Source: Armatimonadota bacterium (GTDB lineage Bacteria; Armatimonadota; HRBIN16). Taken from it: a stretch of DNA of 64,000 nt. The notes under the pieces are model-generated. The model ran no database searches. It saw nothing but the letters and a program-made list of their open reading frames with translations, and was not told where the DNA came from. The translations under genes and the position numbers were made by a program. Below are positions 1-10,027 of the stretch, piece after piece (the first letter of the stretch is position 1; each line of letters starts with the position of its first letter). The stretch is taken from NCBI GenBank assembly GCA_963677485.1, contig OY781964.1, forward strand, positions 1,344,001 through 1,408,000, in the 5' to 3' direction.

Positions 1-2897
1 TTCACCATCTGCGTCTTCTTAATAGGAACTACCGCCCATTGCCCTAGAACCTGCACATCTATGTCGTCAGGTTTACTGATCGTGCTTAACACTTCGTGAA
101 CCAGCTCCTCCATGTTTACCATAGTGGTCTCTTCAAATGAGGTATGCACTTTTGCCAACTGTTGATAGGCATCTAGTATTTTGTATAGCCGCTGAGACCG
201 TTCACGCAGGGTCTCAAGCATTCCCTGTGATTCCTCAGTCAGGATGTCCTTATTGTCAGCATAGACCATTTGAACCAATGAGCCTATCGCGCGTACCGGC
301 CCTTTCAGCTCATGGGACGTGATGTGTACAAAATCCATCAGGTCTTCGTTAAGGGCGGTCAACTGGCTAAGCAACTGCGTGTTGTGCCGTTGCGACTGAG
401 CCCGCTCCGTCACATCACGCGCCACGCCTCGATATCCAGTAAATACACCGTCTGATCCGAACACAGGAACACCTGTCAGTTCAATGATGCGTTCACTGCC
501 ATCCTTGTGCCTAAGGCTGTTATGAAGCTGCCGGATTGGATTAGGCGTTTTCACCATGGCGTCGATGATCGGACGCATACGCTCCACTTCTCCTGGCAAC
601 ATCAGGTCAAGGATACTTTTTCCAATCAGTTCAGCCGGTTGATATCCCATCACGTGGTCAACTCGGTCACTGATGTATATAAAGTCCATATGCCTGTCGG
701 ATTCCCACACCCAGTCGGACAGACTATTGACTATCTGCAACAGCCTCTGTTCACTGACGGAAAGCTCCTTTTCCATCAACTTAATGCCCGTAATGTCTGT
801 CATCAAGCCCACGATACCGATCAGCAACCCAGCATCACTGTAGAAGGCAGCCTTATGAAGCACTATATCGCGTAACTCACCATCGTGCCGCCTGAGCCTT
901 GTTTGGATTTCCATTGACTCGATACGGCTCTCGAACGAATCTTCGCCACGCAGCAGTTCCGATGAGGCATCCGGCCCCCAGATTTCGCTCACACTGCGTC
1001 CAATAATATCGATCTCTTTGGCGCCCACATAATCCTCAAACGCTCTATTCGCACTTAAGTAATAACCCGAACTGTCGCGGGTAAACACGGGGTTAGGTAT
1101 GGCGTCCATCACCGCCCGTAACTGCCGGTAGTTCTCTCTGCGGCTCTTCAAAGTCGCTTCCAGTTCCGTATTTACTCTTGTCAGAGTTTGCCTGGTCTCA
1201 AGAATCTCAGTCAGGTCTTGCGTCAGCCCTATGATACCTACCACACGGTTTTGCTCGTCCAATATCGGCACTTTAGTAGATACAAAATGTCGATGTCGTG
1301 GATCATTAGGCAGCAACTGCCCATAAAATTGGTGAGTGCTGGTCTTACCAGTTCTGATGACCTGCATGTCATCGGCTTCCACCTCCTCGCCCATCTTTTT
1401 GACGACGAGGTCGGTATCACGCTTGCCGATGATCTGATCCCGTGAGCGCGAATATAACTGGCACAGGTTGTTGTTAACAATGACGTACCGACCTTGCTCA
1501 TCCTTCATAAAAGCCAGAGACGGAAGGTTGTTAACTAAATTTTCTAACTGCTGCTGACGGTGCTGCGTAGCCTTGGTAGCCTCAAGTATCTGTTGTTCTT
1601 TCAACTCAATGGTATAGATGCCAGCTATCAAGAACACCAATAAGCCATTGACACTAAACAGCAGCCAAAGGTTGCGCAGTTGCCCTTGCTTCACCGCGTT
1701 GCGCCATGTATCCGCCGCAACATCAATGCAGAGCATGGCGACCATCTTTTGGCTGTCCTCTAGTTTAATCGGTGCTGCGGCGGTTACCCATGATCCCCAC
1801 CTATCGGTATATGGCCCTACAGTGGCATGATCACCATTGGCATATGCTCTGACTATTTGGGGAGGAACTTCGTCATACTTAGTGCCAGGCTCCAGGAAGT
1901 CCGAGGAATTCTGTGGCGCACTGTCTGCCAAAAACCGCATCGTCCCATCGACAGACCGTAATAGATAGCTGTACCTTGTCGAGGGTGTGCGTGTCTCGAT
2001 CCGTTCCACTATCGAGTGATACCTCTGCCAGTTGGGGTCATTAACTTCACTCGCCGCAGCCTTTAGCTCCGAGATATCCTTGGCATCAATGGCTAATGAG
2101 GTCATTGATACCTTTGACAGCAATGTCTGCCGGTAGTCTGCATCAGCTTTCTGGCCTGAACGTTGTATGATGTATGGTGCCAGACCGACGACAATCGCAA
2201 TCAACGCAATAAGAAACTGAGCAACACGAGGATACTTAACGGTATAGCCTGCCAAGCTTGGTATCATCACGGCACGGATGGTGTAAGACAGACTTGTAGT
2301 CATTAAAAGGCACCCGATCACTTGTGCGACTGATCCCACATCGGCCAGGTGTGACAGATACGGTGCCATCTCAGCTCCATGGCTAGGCTGGTGCCCCAGA
2401 TAGTAACCAAGTCCGGTGATGATAAACGGTAGACTAACGTACAGACGCGTGCGTCTGTTACCCAGGTTCTGCTCTTTTAGGCTCACATACAATGATTGCG
2501 CGACCCATATATATGTGATACACGCCAGAGAGTTTGTCACACTCCGACTGATCAGAGCAAGTATCACAAGGCCGCCTGCATATCGCACGATAGCCCCAAT
2601 ATCCACGCGCCTTAGCTTGGCAATCTCAAGACACTGCATCCCGAGCAGTCCTAATGCCACTACACTGATGGCGAGTGTAAGACTGCTAACCGCACCATAC
2701 GCAGACTGTCCTCCTGAGCTCAGATAGCTCGCAAGGGAGTAAATAACTTCGGATGCGGCATATATACCAAGAGTCAGCCATGGAATGGCGCGCAGCCGCG
2801 ACCGTATGCCTGCAAAAGATATGGCAATAATGCCTGTATATAGGAAAGCACAGATGAGATGACTGGCTTCATATGTTGATAGGTGAAAAGTGTCCAT
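1..2897 (-). CDS. Membrane multi-PAS sensor histidine kinase (3' end runs off the window)
   Basis: Hand translation from ATG 2897 (MDTFHLSTY...) stays open to the edge. It has a hydrophobic N-terminus, three PAS-like repeats (LVNNLPSLAFMKD, VMDAIPNPVFTRD, LSDWVWESD) and H-box TSHELKGPVRAI. Absent from the ORF track because it is truncated. Confidence 0.9.
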   Translation of the reverse strand, partial: MDTFHLSTYEASHLICAFLYTGIIAISFAGIRSRLRAIPWLTLGIYAASEVIYSLASYLSSGGQSAYGAVSSLTLAISVVALGLLGMQCLEIAKLRRVDIGAIVRYAGGLVILALISRSVTNSLACITYIWVAQSLYVSLKEQNLGNRRTRLYVSLPFIITGLGYYLGHQPSHGAEMAPYLSHLADVGSVAQVIGCLLMTTSLSYTIRAVMIPSLAGYTVKYPRVAQFLIALIAIVVGLAPYIIQRSGQKADADYRQTLLSKVSMTSLAIDAKDISELKAAASEVNDPNWQRYHSIVERIETRTPSTRYSYLLRSVDGTMRFLADSAPQNSSDFLEPGTKYDEVPPQIVRAYANGDHATVGPYTDRWGSWVTAAAPIKLEDSQKMVAMLCIDVAADTWRNAVKQGQLRNLWLLFSVNGLLVFLIAGIYTIELKEQQILEATKATQHRQQQLENLVNNLPSLAFMKDEQGRYVIVNNNLCQLYSRSRDQIIGKRDTDLVVKKMGEEVEADDMQVIRTGKTSTHQFYGQLLPNDPRHRHFVSTKVPILDEQNRVVGIIGLTQDLTEILETRQTLTRVNTELEATLKSRRENYRQLRAVMDAIPNPVFTRDSSGYYLSANRAFEDYVGAKEIDIIGRSVSEIWGPDASSELLRGEDSFESRIESMEIQTRLRRHDGELRDIVLHKAAFYSDAGLLIGIVGLMTDITGIKLMEKELSVSEQRLLQIVNSLSDWVWESDRHMDFIYISDRVDHVMGYQPAELIGKSILDLMLPGEVERMRPIIDAMVKTPNPIRQLHNSLRHKDGSERIIELTGVPVFGSDGVFTGYRGVARDVTERAQSQRHNTQLLSQLTALNEDLMDFVHITSHELKGPVRAIGSLVQMVYADNKDILTEESQGMLETLRERSQRLYKILDAYQQLAKVHTSFEETTMVNMEELVHEVLSTISKPDDIDVQVLGQWAVVPIKKTQMV

Positions 2898-3084
2898 AGT
2901 GTGTGTGGTTCCATCGAACCAGCAGTTGACTAACCTCTCAATTAATAACCCTACTCGAGATCATTGTTGCATTTTATGGTGCAAATCTGATCATAACTAC
3001 ACGAATCCCATGCATCAATCGGCATAATAACGTAGACAATATTCAGACCGCGACCCAATATGATGTGTCCCCACCCATTCGGGT

Positions 3085-6000
3085 TTATGCACTAGGTTTG
3101 GGGTCTGTCGGCATTATGAACCAGATCATAGTGCCCTGGTTTACATGCGCCTGGATACCAATCTGTCCCCCGTGCAGATCGACCACTCTACGGGCGAATG
3201 ATAGCCCCAGTCCGGCCCCAAGGTTCTCGGTGTTACCCACATCAATTTGCTGAAAGGCCTCAAACGCAATTTCGTGGTAGCGAGGGTCGATTCCTGGCCC
3301 GTTGTCTATCACCGCGAAGTAAAGGCCTCCCGATACTTTACGCCAGTCAAGACAGATCAAACCATCCGCACGGTCCATGAAGTTTATGCTGTTCGCAATA
3401 AGCTGTTTGAACAAGTTCAATGTCAAATTACGTCGGCATTTTAACACCGGCATATCTGGGCTGATGTCGATCGTCACCCAGCGAGGCGGGTTCAGTTCGT
3501 GGATCACCTCTTGCAGAGCTAAAGCCAGATTGACCTCGGTTATCGGCTCATCTGCGGAGTATATCTCAGCCATCAGGCTATAAACATCCATCGTTTGGAA
3601 CAGCTTTTTCGTGCGGCCTTCCATGTTTCTGACAATCTCACGGCCCTCTCCGTCAAGCTGATTGTATTTATCCATTTTCAACATTTGCGCCAGTGTGCTG
3701 ATTGCCCGCAGGGGCTGCTTCAATTCGTGTGAGATAAGGTGAACGACCTCAGTTAGTCCTGAGTTCAGCTTATTCGACATCTCAAGCAAGCGTTGTTGTT
3801 CGTGCTGTGCCTTCAACCGTTCGCTGATATCACGGGCAACACCGCGGAAGCCATCCCATTCGCCAGTGATCGTATAGAGGGGCACAGCAGATAGCTCTAG
3901 ATAGACGATCCTGCCGTCAGCATGACGGAACTGCACCTCACGTTGCTTCACCACTTCATCAACACTGAATAGTTGCCGTATCTCATCTGACTGATCCGCC
4001 GCCAGGTTGTGCAGAGGGGTCTTCATCACGACATCGGGATCATACCCCAGCACCGGTGTGATTCGATCACTGATGAATGTGACGACCATCTCCCGGTCGG
4101 TTTCCCAAACGAGGTCGGACATAACCCCAACAATCTGGCGAAGCCGTTGTTCGCTGACTTCCAGCGAGTGCTCCACCCTCAGCAGGTGGGTGATATCTAC
4201 CAGGCTAGATACAAAACCTGCCACTTCGTCATACTGATCGATGTATGCCGCGGTATGCATGACCATCTGGTGTGCCACCCCGTCAGGATACCTCACTGTG
4301 CCCTCAGCGGTGACAACCTGCCTGTTAGAGATGACTAATGAGTCATTTCGGTTTAACAGTCCGATACGGTCTGCAATGCCTAACTGCTCAGCGGTTTGGC
4401 CCTGCATCTGGTCCATCTTGAGCCCTGCTAATTCCTCAAATGCCTGGTTGCACATCAGCATGTGACCACTCAAAGACTTATAAAAGATGGGGCTAGGTAT
4501 GGTCCGCATGATGGTGTCAATGCGCTTCAGGTTGCGTTGGCCCTCTTCCAGAGCAGCATTGAGAGCCTGGTTCATCTCAGCGAGCTGGCGTCTGGCAGCA
4601 ATGATCTCGGTGACATCTGTGGCTAACCCTACGATACCGGTTAACCTGCCTATCTCGTCATAGACAGGCATGATGCGGTTAACCAATGACATCGTCTGGT
4701 TATTTACCGTTACGTCGCTGGTAAGCTGTTCGACAGGCTGATCTGCTTTATACTCATTGCCAACATCGCATCGTATCACTTTAGCGAGTTCCGGGCTGAG
4801 TAACTCATGACCATACCGACCGACGATTTCGGTAGATGGACGTGCCAGCAAATTAGCCATCGCCGGGTTCACAACCATAAATCGGCTTTCAGCATCCATC
4901 ATATAAGCATATCCTGGCAGGTTGTTCACCAGGCTCTCCAGCATCAGCCTGCTCTTGTTTTCCGCTATGTCTGCTAAATGCTGTACCAGGTTGGCATGCA
5001 TGACACCCACTAGAAGAATAAAGAGAAGCAGTTCGATCAGCCCGAACACCATCATCACAGCGCGTCTCGCTAACATGATGGTATTGGTCCACAGTGTAGC
5101 CGGCACGTCAAACAACAAAGCACCCACGAAAAATCTGGTTCCGGGTTTGTAGATCGGCACGATACCGGTCACCCAACTGCCTAGATCATTTTTGTATGGT
5201 TCCGTGACAGTTTGACGCTGCATCACCAATGCACGCAGGATGACTTGAGGTACTACCCATTGCCCATTCGACAACTCAGCTTTGTCAGCCATGGCATTTG
5301 AACTAGTACCCACAAGGTAGGGCTTATCTGACTTCAAAACCATGATATATGCGGAGCTCGGGAATTCACCGACACTCACAATCTCGGCAAGAGGTCGGCT
5401 GAAGGCTTGCCCTTCGATTGACATGAATGCGACCGGCATATCGGCGTATTCGACGAGTTGTTTTGTGTTGACGTTCAGGCTGCTGATGCGCAACATGCGC
5501 AACAGCTCCTGACGGATCATGTGCTCCGCAGTAGAGCCTACCGATTGCACCGTGATGCAGGCCGCTACTGGTATGAGCACAATAGCCACTTTGATGACGG
5601 TGCTGTAAGCACTGCAGCAGATCGGTTGGCCATAGGCCTTCACTACGCCTATCTTGGTAATATACGCATTCCCACCCAGCAGCAGCAGAATAGAACCGTA
5701 CGCGATGGTTAATATGGAGGGCATCTGGGTGACGTTCAGCAAGATGCTTGCGTGCGAGCCGTCAATTTGGGTCATTTGAGCACCCAGACCATATCCGATA
5801 GCCACAATGCCTGCTGCGATCAGTAGGGCATAGAATCTAGATCGCATATCGTGCCCAGACAGCAACATCCACCAGGCTACAGCAAAACCGATAAAGGAAC
5901 CCCACAGCAGACCATTCAAATACCCCATCGTGCCGATACTGACAATGATACCAACCACTACACTCACTGAGGTAATGGAGATACGGATTAGCTTGTTGTA

Positions 6001-6282
6001 TGATTTCTGGAGCATGACTTGCTGGGCGTATATGAGCAGAACGGTAATCAATGGACCTGCAACATAGTGGTATTCTGAAAGCGTGGCAGTGGAATCACTG
6101 AGGGTTACGATATGAACAATGTCACGCAAAGCCATCAACAGCCAAACACCGGCTAGGGGCATGGCCGGTATCTCGGTCAATTTTAAGCGTGACGAAATGA
6201 TAGCCATAGCGCAGACACCAAAGCTCATCAAAGCCGTGATGAAGAGCGCGATGTCAGCCGCCGAGACGGAAATATTAGTCAT
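3085..6282 (-). CDS. Membrane multi-PAS sensor histidine kinase
   Basis: TM N-terminus, three PAS domains, H-box ISHELKQPLRAI, D-box IDNGPGI, G2 box GAGLGL. Confidence 0.93.
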   Translation of the reverse strand: MTNISVSAADIALFITALMSFGVCAMAIISSRLKLTEIPAMPLAGVWLLMALRDIVHIVTLSDSTATLSEYHYVAGPLITVLLIYAQQVMLQKSYNKLIRISITSVSVVVGIIVSIGTMGYLNGLLWGSFIGFAVAWWMLLSGHDMRSRFYALLIAAGIVAIGYGLGAQMTQIDGSHASILLNVTQMPSILTIAYGSILLLLGGNAYITKIGVVKAYGQPICCSAYSTVIKVAIVLIPVAACITVQSVGSTAEHMIRQELLRMLRISSLNVNTKQLVEYADMPVAFMSIEGQAFSRPLAEIVSVGEFPSSAYIMVLKSDKPYLVGTSSNAMADKAELSNGQWVVPQVILRALVMQRQTVTEPYKNDLGSWVTGIVPIYKPGTRFFVGALLFDVPATLWTNTIMLARRAVMMVFGLIELLLFILLVGVMHANLVQHLADIAENKSRLMLESLVNNLPGYAYMMDAESRFMVVNPAMANLLARPSTEIVGRYGHELLSPELAKVIRCDVGNEYKADQPVEQLTSDVTVNNQTMSLVNRIMPVYDEIGRLTGIVGLATDVTEIIAARRQLAEMNQALNAALEEGQRNLKRIDTIMRTIPSPIFYKSLSGHMLMCNQAFEELAGLKMDQMQGQTAEQLGIADRIGLLNRNDSLVISNRQVVTAEGTVRYPDGVAHQMVMHTAAYIDQYDEVAGFVSSLVDITHLLRVEHSLEVSEQRLRQIVGVMSDLVWETDREMVVTFISDRITPVLGYDPDVVMKTPLHNLAADQSDEIRQLFSVDEVVKQREVQFRHADGRIVYLELSAVPLYTITGEWDGFRGVARDISERLKAQHEQQRLLEMSNKLNSGLTEVVHLISHELKQPLRAISTLAQMLKMDKYNQLDGEGREIVRNMEGRTKKLFQTMDVYSLMAEIYSADEPITEVNLALALQEVIHELNPPRWVTIDISPDMPVLKCRRNLTLNLFKQLIANSINFMDRADGLICLDWRKVSGGLYFAVIDNGPGIDPRYHEIAFEAFQQIDVGNTENLGAGLGLSFARRVVDLHGGQIGIQAHVNQGTMIWFIMPTDPKPSA

Positions 6283-6424
6283 GAAGCCTCACGAAGGCGT
6301 CCCGGCCAAAAAGTTGGAATATCATAAGTTATTTTACCTGTTTTCGGTAGTTAATAATAGTTAAGAACGGGCGACCTACCTGTGACGAGCACCTGCCCGT
6401 GCTGACACGGCAGCCCTGGCTGTA

Positions 6425-6519
6425 ACTGGTCGTAGGGGCCACCCTTGTGGTGGCAGTAATCGTTATTCTTTCGATGGTTCTGGTTCCGGGCGCCTACAAG
6501 GGACGTCCCTACGACCAGT
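6425..6519. repeat. Inverted pair of GTAG-type REP-like hairpins
   Basis: ACTGGTCGTAGGGG...CCCTACGACCAGT; same family as 42254-42341. Confidence 0.7.
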
Positions 6520-6860
6520 GATGTACAAGCAGCCCCTGCGGCGTTGAAACATGACGGCGTCACTAACATGTGTCCTGGGGGCAGAGCAGTACGGGGTGGG
6601 TGCATGAAAAACCCTCCGAGGTGAGGCGGAGGGTGTTAGGTTCAAATATTAGTGGCACCCGTGGGCTAACGGATACCGGTATTAATAGAGTCCGACAGGG
6701 CTCAGTGAACTACTGAACGGAGGAAACTGTCCTACTCCATCTATATTATGCCCCGGTTTCTGCCTGATAACCATCGATTTAACCGATATAAACCAAATAA
6801 TCGAATGCAATCCTGCAACTGATCTCAGTAGCAACCAGTTGCAGGCATTTAATATATGGT

Positions 6861-7745
6861 TTATTCCAAGGCGGCCGGTCCGATAGCAGCCAGTTGGGCC
6901 GCACTGAACACAGGCCCGTCGGTGCAGACATAATATGGGCCGATATTGCACCGCCCGCACTTGCCCACGCCGCATTTCATCTTCATCTCCAACGTCGTGT
7001 AGATCTGATCAGGTGTGAAACCAAGATCAGTCAGCGCTTCCATCACGAACTTGATCATGATGGGAGGCCCACAGGTGATGGCAATCGCGTTTTCCGGCGA
7101 TGGGGCCAGCTCCCGAAGGTAGGTCGGCACGAACGCGACATGGCCGCTCCAGTTGGGGTCCTCGCGGTCGATGGTCAGGTGCAAATGGGTATCTGGCATC
7201 GAGCCCCACCGCTCGAACTCATACTGATAGCAAAGATCGTCTGCACTTCGAGCACCATAGAGCGTATCAATCCGAGCATAGTCCGCGCGGTTGTCAAGGC
7301 AGTAGTTCAGTAAAGACCGCACCGGAGCCATGCCGATCCCGCCGCCGATGATCCAAAGGTTCTTGCCCTTCCATTGGTCGGTGGGGAACCAGTTCCCCAT
7401 CGGTGCGCGCACACCGACCACATCACCAGGTTCCAGTTCATGGATCGCCTCAGTGACGATCCCCACCCGCTTCACGCTGAATTCAAAGGAGCCCTTCTGA
7501 CTGGGGCTGCTGGTCAGGCAAAAAGTAGCTTCACCCGCGCCAAACACAGAAACCTGCTGAAACTGACCAGGGAGAAATTCGAATGCTTCTGCCAGCTTCT
7601 CGTCCTGGAACACCGCTTTGAAGGTTTTGGTATCTGAGGTCTCCGAAATGACCTTCTTGACGACGGCCAGATTCGGCAGGTATTGTTCCGTCGAAAAACA
7701 TTCATGCTGCCCTTCGCCGGCGTCGGTATGACATTGGCAACTCAT
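6861..7745 (-). CDS. flxA: FAD/NAD(P)-binding oxidoreductase FlxA (AsrB-like)
   Basis: GGGIGMAP, CGPPIM, CGVGKCGRC...VCTDGPVF 2Fe-2S motif; last gene of the hdr operon. Confidence 0.85.
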   Translation of the reverse strand: MSCQCHTDAGEGQHECFSTEQYLPNLAVVKKVISETSDTKTFKAVFQDEKLAEAFEFLPGQFQQVSVFGAGEATFCLTSSPSQKGSFEFSVKRVGIVTEAIHELEPGDVVGVRAPMGNWFPTDQWKGKNLWIIGGGIGMAPVRSLLNYCLDNRADYARIDTLYGARSADDLCYQYEFERWGSMPDTHLHLTIDREDPNWSGHVAFVPTYLRELAPSPENAIAITCGPPIMIKFVMEALTDLGFTPDQIYTTLEMKMKCGVGKCGRCNIGPYYVCTDGPVFSAAQLAAIGPAALE

Positions 7746-8761
7746 AACTCAACCTCCTGGATCTGATGCAAAATCTGTCTCATATCGATATTGACAGGAC
7801 AGAGCGACACGCAGCGTCCGCACCCGACACAACCCAGCATGTGGTAGCGTTCAATGCTGTAGTCAAACTTATGAAACACGCGCTGCCGTGTTCGGCTGGT
7901 GCGGCTGGGGCGTGGGTTATGCCCTTGGCCCATCAGAGTGAACTTCTCAAACTGGCAGGTGTCCCAGGCCCGATGCCGGCTGCCGTGGTTGCCCTTTACC
8001 TCATCCACCATGTCAAAACAGTGGCAGGTAGGGCAGTTGAAGCTGCAAATGCCACAGCCCAGGCAGCGTTCGGCAAACTCGCTAAACAGCTTTTCGTCCC
8101 ACTCCTTGCGCCAATTAGGGTCGCGATGCACAGGTTCTCCGGTCCCCTCACGCGCTTTGGCGATCATCTGTTGCAGTTGAGCCAACTGAGCTTCGGTAGC
8201 TTCTGGGTAGTCGCCGCCATTCAACAGCAGCTCCCCCGCCGGAGTATAAGCCTCCGCCAGATAGCTCTCGCCCAAATCTGCGAGACGAAGGTCCAGCCCA
8301 GAGACCGCATCAGGCCCTTCGCCCACCAAACTGCAGAAGCAGCTCCACTCGGGCTGATGGCAGAAGAGGCCCACCAGCACTGTGTTCTCGCGGCGCGCGA
8401 AGTAAGGACCGTCTTTGGGAGGCACGAAACTATAGACTGTGTCCATGTAATTCAAAGCCGCCGCATCGCAGGCTCGAACGCCCAGTATGATGCGGGCGGG
8501 TGACTTCACTACCGTCGCCTTGAGGGTAAGCTTGCCATCAAGGCCTTTGTCAAATGCAAACAGCTGCTCGCTGTGCGGAGTAAACCACTCTCGAAGGTTG
8601 GAACCAGGCCCATTAAAGCTGAGGTCCACTTGCGACAGCTCTTTCACCTGCGTATATTTGATGTGCTCGTCGGTTTTGACAGGCGCAATCAGTTGCCTGT
8701 CTTTGGAAATGTCTGCAAGCCATTTGGCCAGTTGCGTTTTGAGTATAATCCTGGGTTGCAC
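7742..8761 (-). CDS. flxB: 4Fe-4S protein FlxB (AsrA-like)
   Basis: CLGCGICSFNCPTCHCF and CVGCGRCVSLCP; GTG start at 8761 after GAGG. Confidence 0.82.
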   Translation of the reverse strand: MQPRIILKTQLAKWLADISKDRQLIAPVKTDEHIKYTQVKELSQVDLSFNGPGSNLREWFTPHSEQLFAFDKGLDGKLTLKATVVKSPARIILGVRACDAAALNYMDTVYSFVPPKDGPYFARRENTVLVGLFCHQPEWSCFCSLVGEGPDAVSGLDLRLADLGESYLAEAYTPAGELLLNGGDYPEATEAQLAQLQQMIAKAREGTGEPVHRDPNWRKEWDEKLFSEFAERCLGCGICSFNCPTCHCFDMVDEVKGNHGSRHRAWDTCQFEKFTLMGQGHNPRPSRTSRTRQRVFHKFDYSIERYHMLGCVGCGRCVSLCPVNIDMRQILHQIQEVEL

Positions 8762-8781
8762 GTCTTTGTCCTCTTTTGCCA

Positions 8782-9573
8782 CTAATGCTCTGGGCATGGA
8801 TCGGGGTCATTTTCGCGATATTGACCAAGCAGCGGCTTATCCGCAGGCTGATCCCCCGCGCTGCGCCCAAACATCTCCGTTGTATCCTGGCTGACCTTCT
8901 GGGACAGCAGCCCTAGCGGGATACCCACAGGGCAGGCTCGCTCGCATTCACCGCAGCCAATGCAACGGCCGGCGAGGTGCATCATACGGCCCACATGGAA
9001 AAACCAGTTGCTCTTCGCATCTACCTGCTTGTTCACCCATAACTGATCGTTTTTGTCCACAAAGCACTCAGGACAGTAGCAGCTCGGGCAAACCGAACGG
9101 CAACCGTAACAGCGTATGCAGTGTGAGAACTGCTCAGCCCAGAACGCCCTGCGCTCCGCCGGGTTTAGGGCCTCGTAGCTCTCAGTGAGTGGGTGCAGAA
9201 CCCGTTTCATTTCGAGCAGGTTTTCGTCAGAAGGCATTTCCTCGGTCACCGACTGACCGCTGGCGAATATCACCCTGAGACGCTCACCCGATATCTGGTT
9301 CTCCCGCTGCAGCTCCACCACGCTTTTCACGTCGTTCGGGGTCAGCACAACCGCCACACGCTCCGCTTTGAGAGCATTGGGCAGATAGACGGCCAGATTG
9401 TTCACGCAGCTCTCATCCCAGATGAGGCATGAGGCCTTCTCTGCATCGCGAAGGAACACCGGCGCACTTTTATGTGGAGCCGTGCCCCGCTGATATCCGA
9501 TCACCACATCCACGAGCCCATCTTTTAGGAGCCGCGCGGCGGTCTGTTGAATGGTCTGCTGCACTTCACTCAC
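8782..9573 (-). CDS. flxC: 4Fe-4S dicluster protein FlxC
   Basis: CIRCYGCRSVCPSCYC and HLAGRCIGCGECERACP. Confidence 0.8.
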   Translation of the reverse strand: MSEVQQTIQQTAARLLKDGLVDVVIGYQRGTAPHKSAPVFLRDAEKASCLIWDESCVNNLAVYLPNALKAERVAVVLTPNDVKSVVELQRENQISGERLRVIFASGQSVTEEMPSDENLLEMKRVLHPLTESYEALNPAERRAFWAEQFSHCIRCYGCRSVCPSCYCPECFVDKNDQLWVNKQVDAKSNWFFHVGRMMHLAGRCIGCGECERACPVGIPLGLLSQKVSQDTTEMFGRSAGDQPADKPLLGQYRENDPDPCPEH

Positions 9574-10027
9574 CGCAGTCTACCCCCTTGAACGGGCCCA
9601 GTTCGGTCACGGTGTCCGTGAAAGACTGCATGACGTCTGCGAATTTCTGACCCTCTGCCGCCGATATCCAGTCGAATTTATACCGGCCCTCTTCAATGCC
9701 CATGTAGCCCAGCACGCGCTGAAGCAGCATCAAACGTCGACGGGCGTAGAAATTCCCCTTGGAGTAATGGCAGTCACCTGGGTGACATCCCGCCACCAGC
9801 ACACCGTCCACACCCTTCTCAAACGCCTTCAGAACCATCTGGGGGTTCACTCGGCCGCTGCAGGGCACACGGATCACCCGTACCTCGGCTGGATAGCTCA
9901 TGCGGCTGCTGCCAGCCAGGTCAGCACCAGCATAACTGCACCAGTTGCACAGGAAAGCGACCAAACGAGGCTTCCACTCCGTGGGTGCATGATGCTCCAT
10001 CGCACTTTTCGTTACTGTCTCGCTCAT
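9566..10027 (-). CDS. flxD: MvhD/FlxD 2Fe-2S subunit
   Basis: CNWCSYAGAD, RVPCSGRV, GCHPGDCHY, WISAAEG. Confidence 0.9.
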   Translation of the reverse strand: MSETVTKSAMEHHAPTEWKPRLVAFLCNWCSYAGADLAGSSRMSYPAEVRVIRVPCSGRVNPQMVLKAFEKGVDGVLVAGCHPGDCHYSKGNFYARRRLMLLQRVLGYMGIEEGRYKFDWISAAEGQKFADVMQSFTDTVTELGPFKGVDCGE

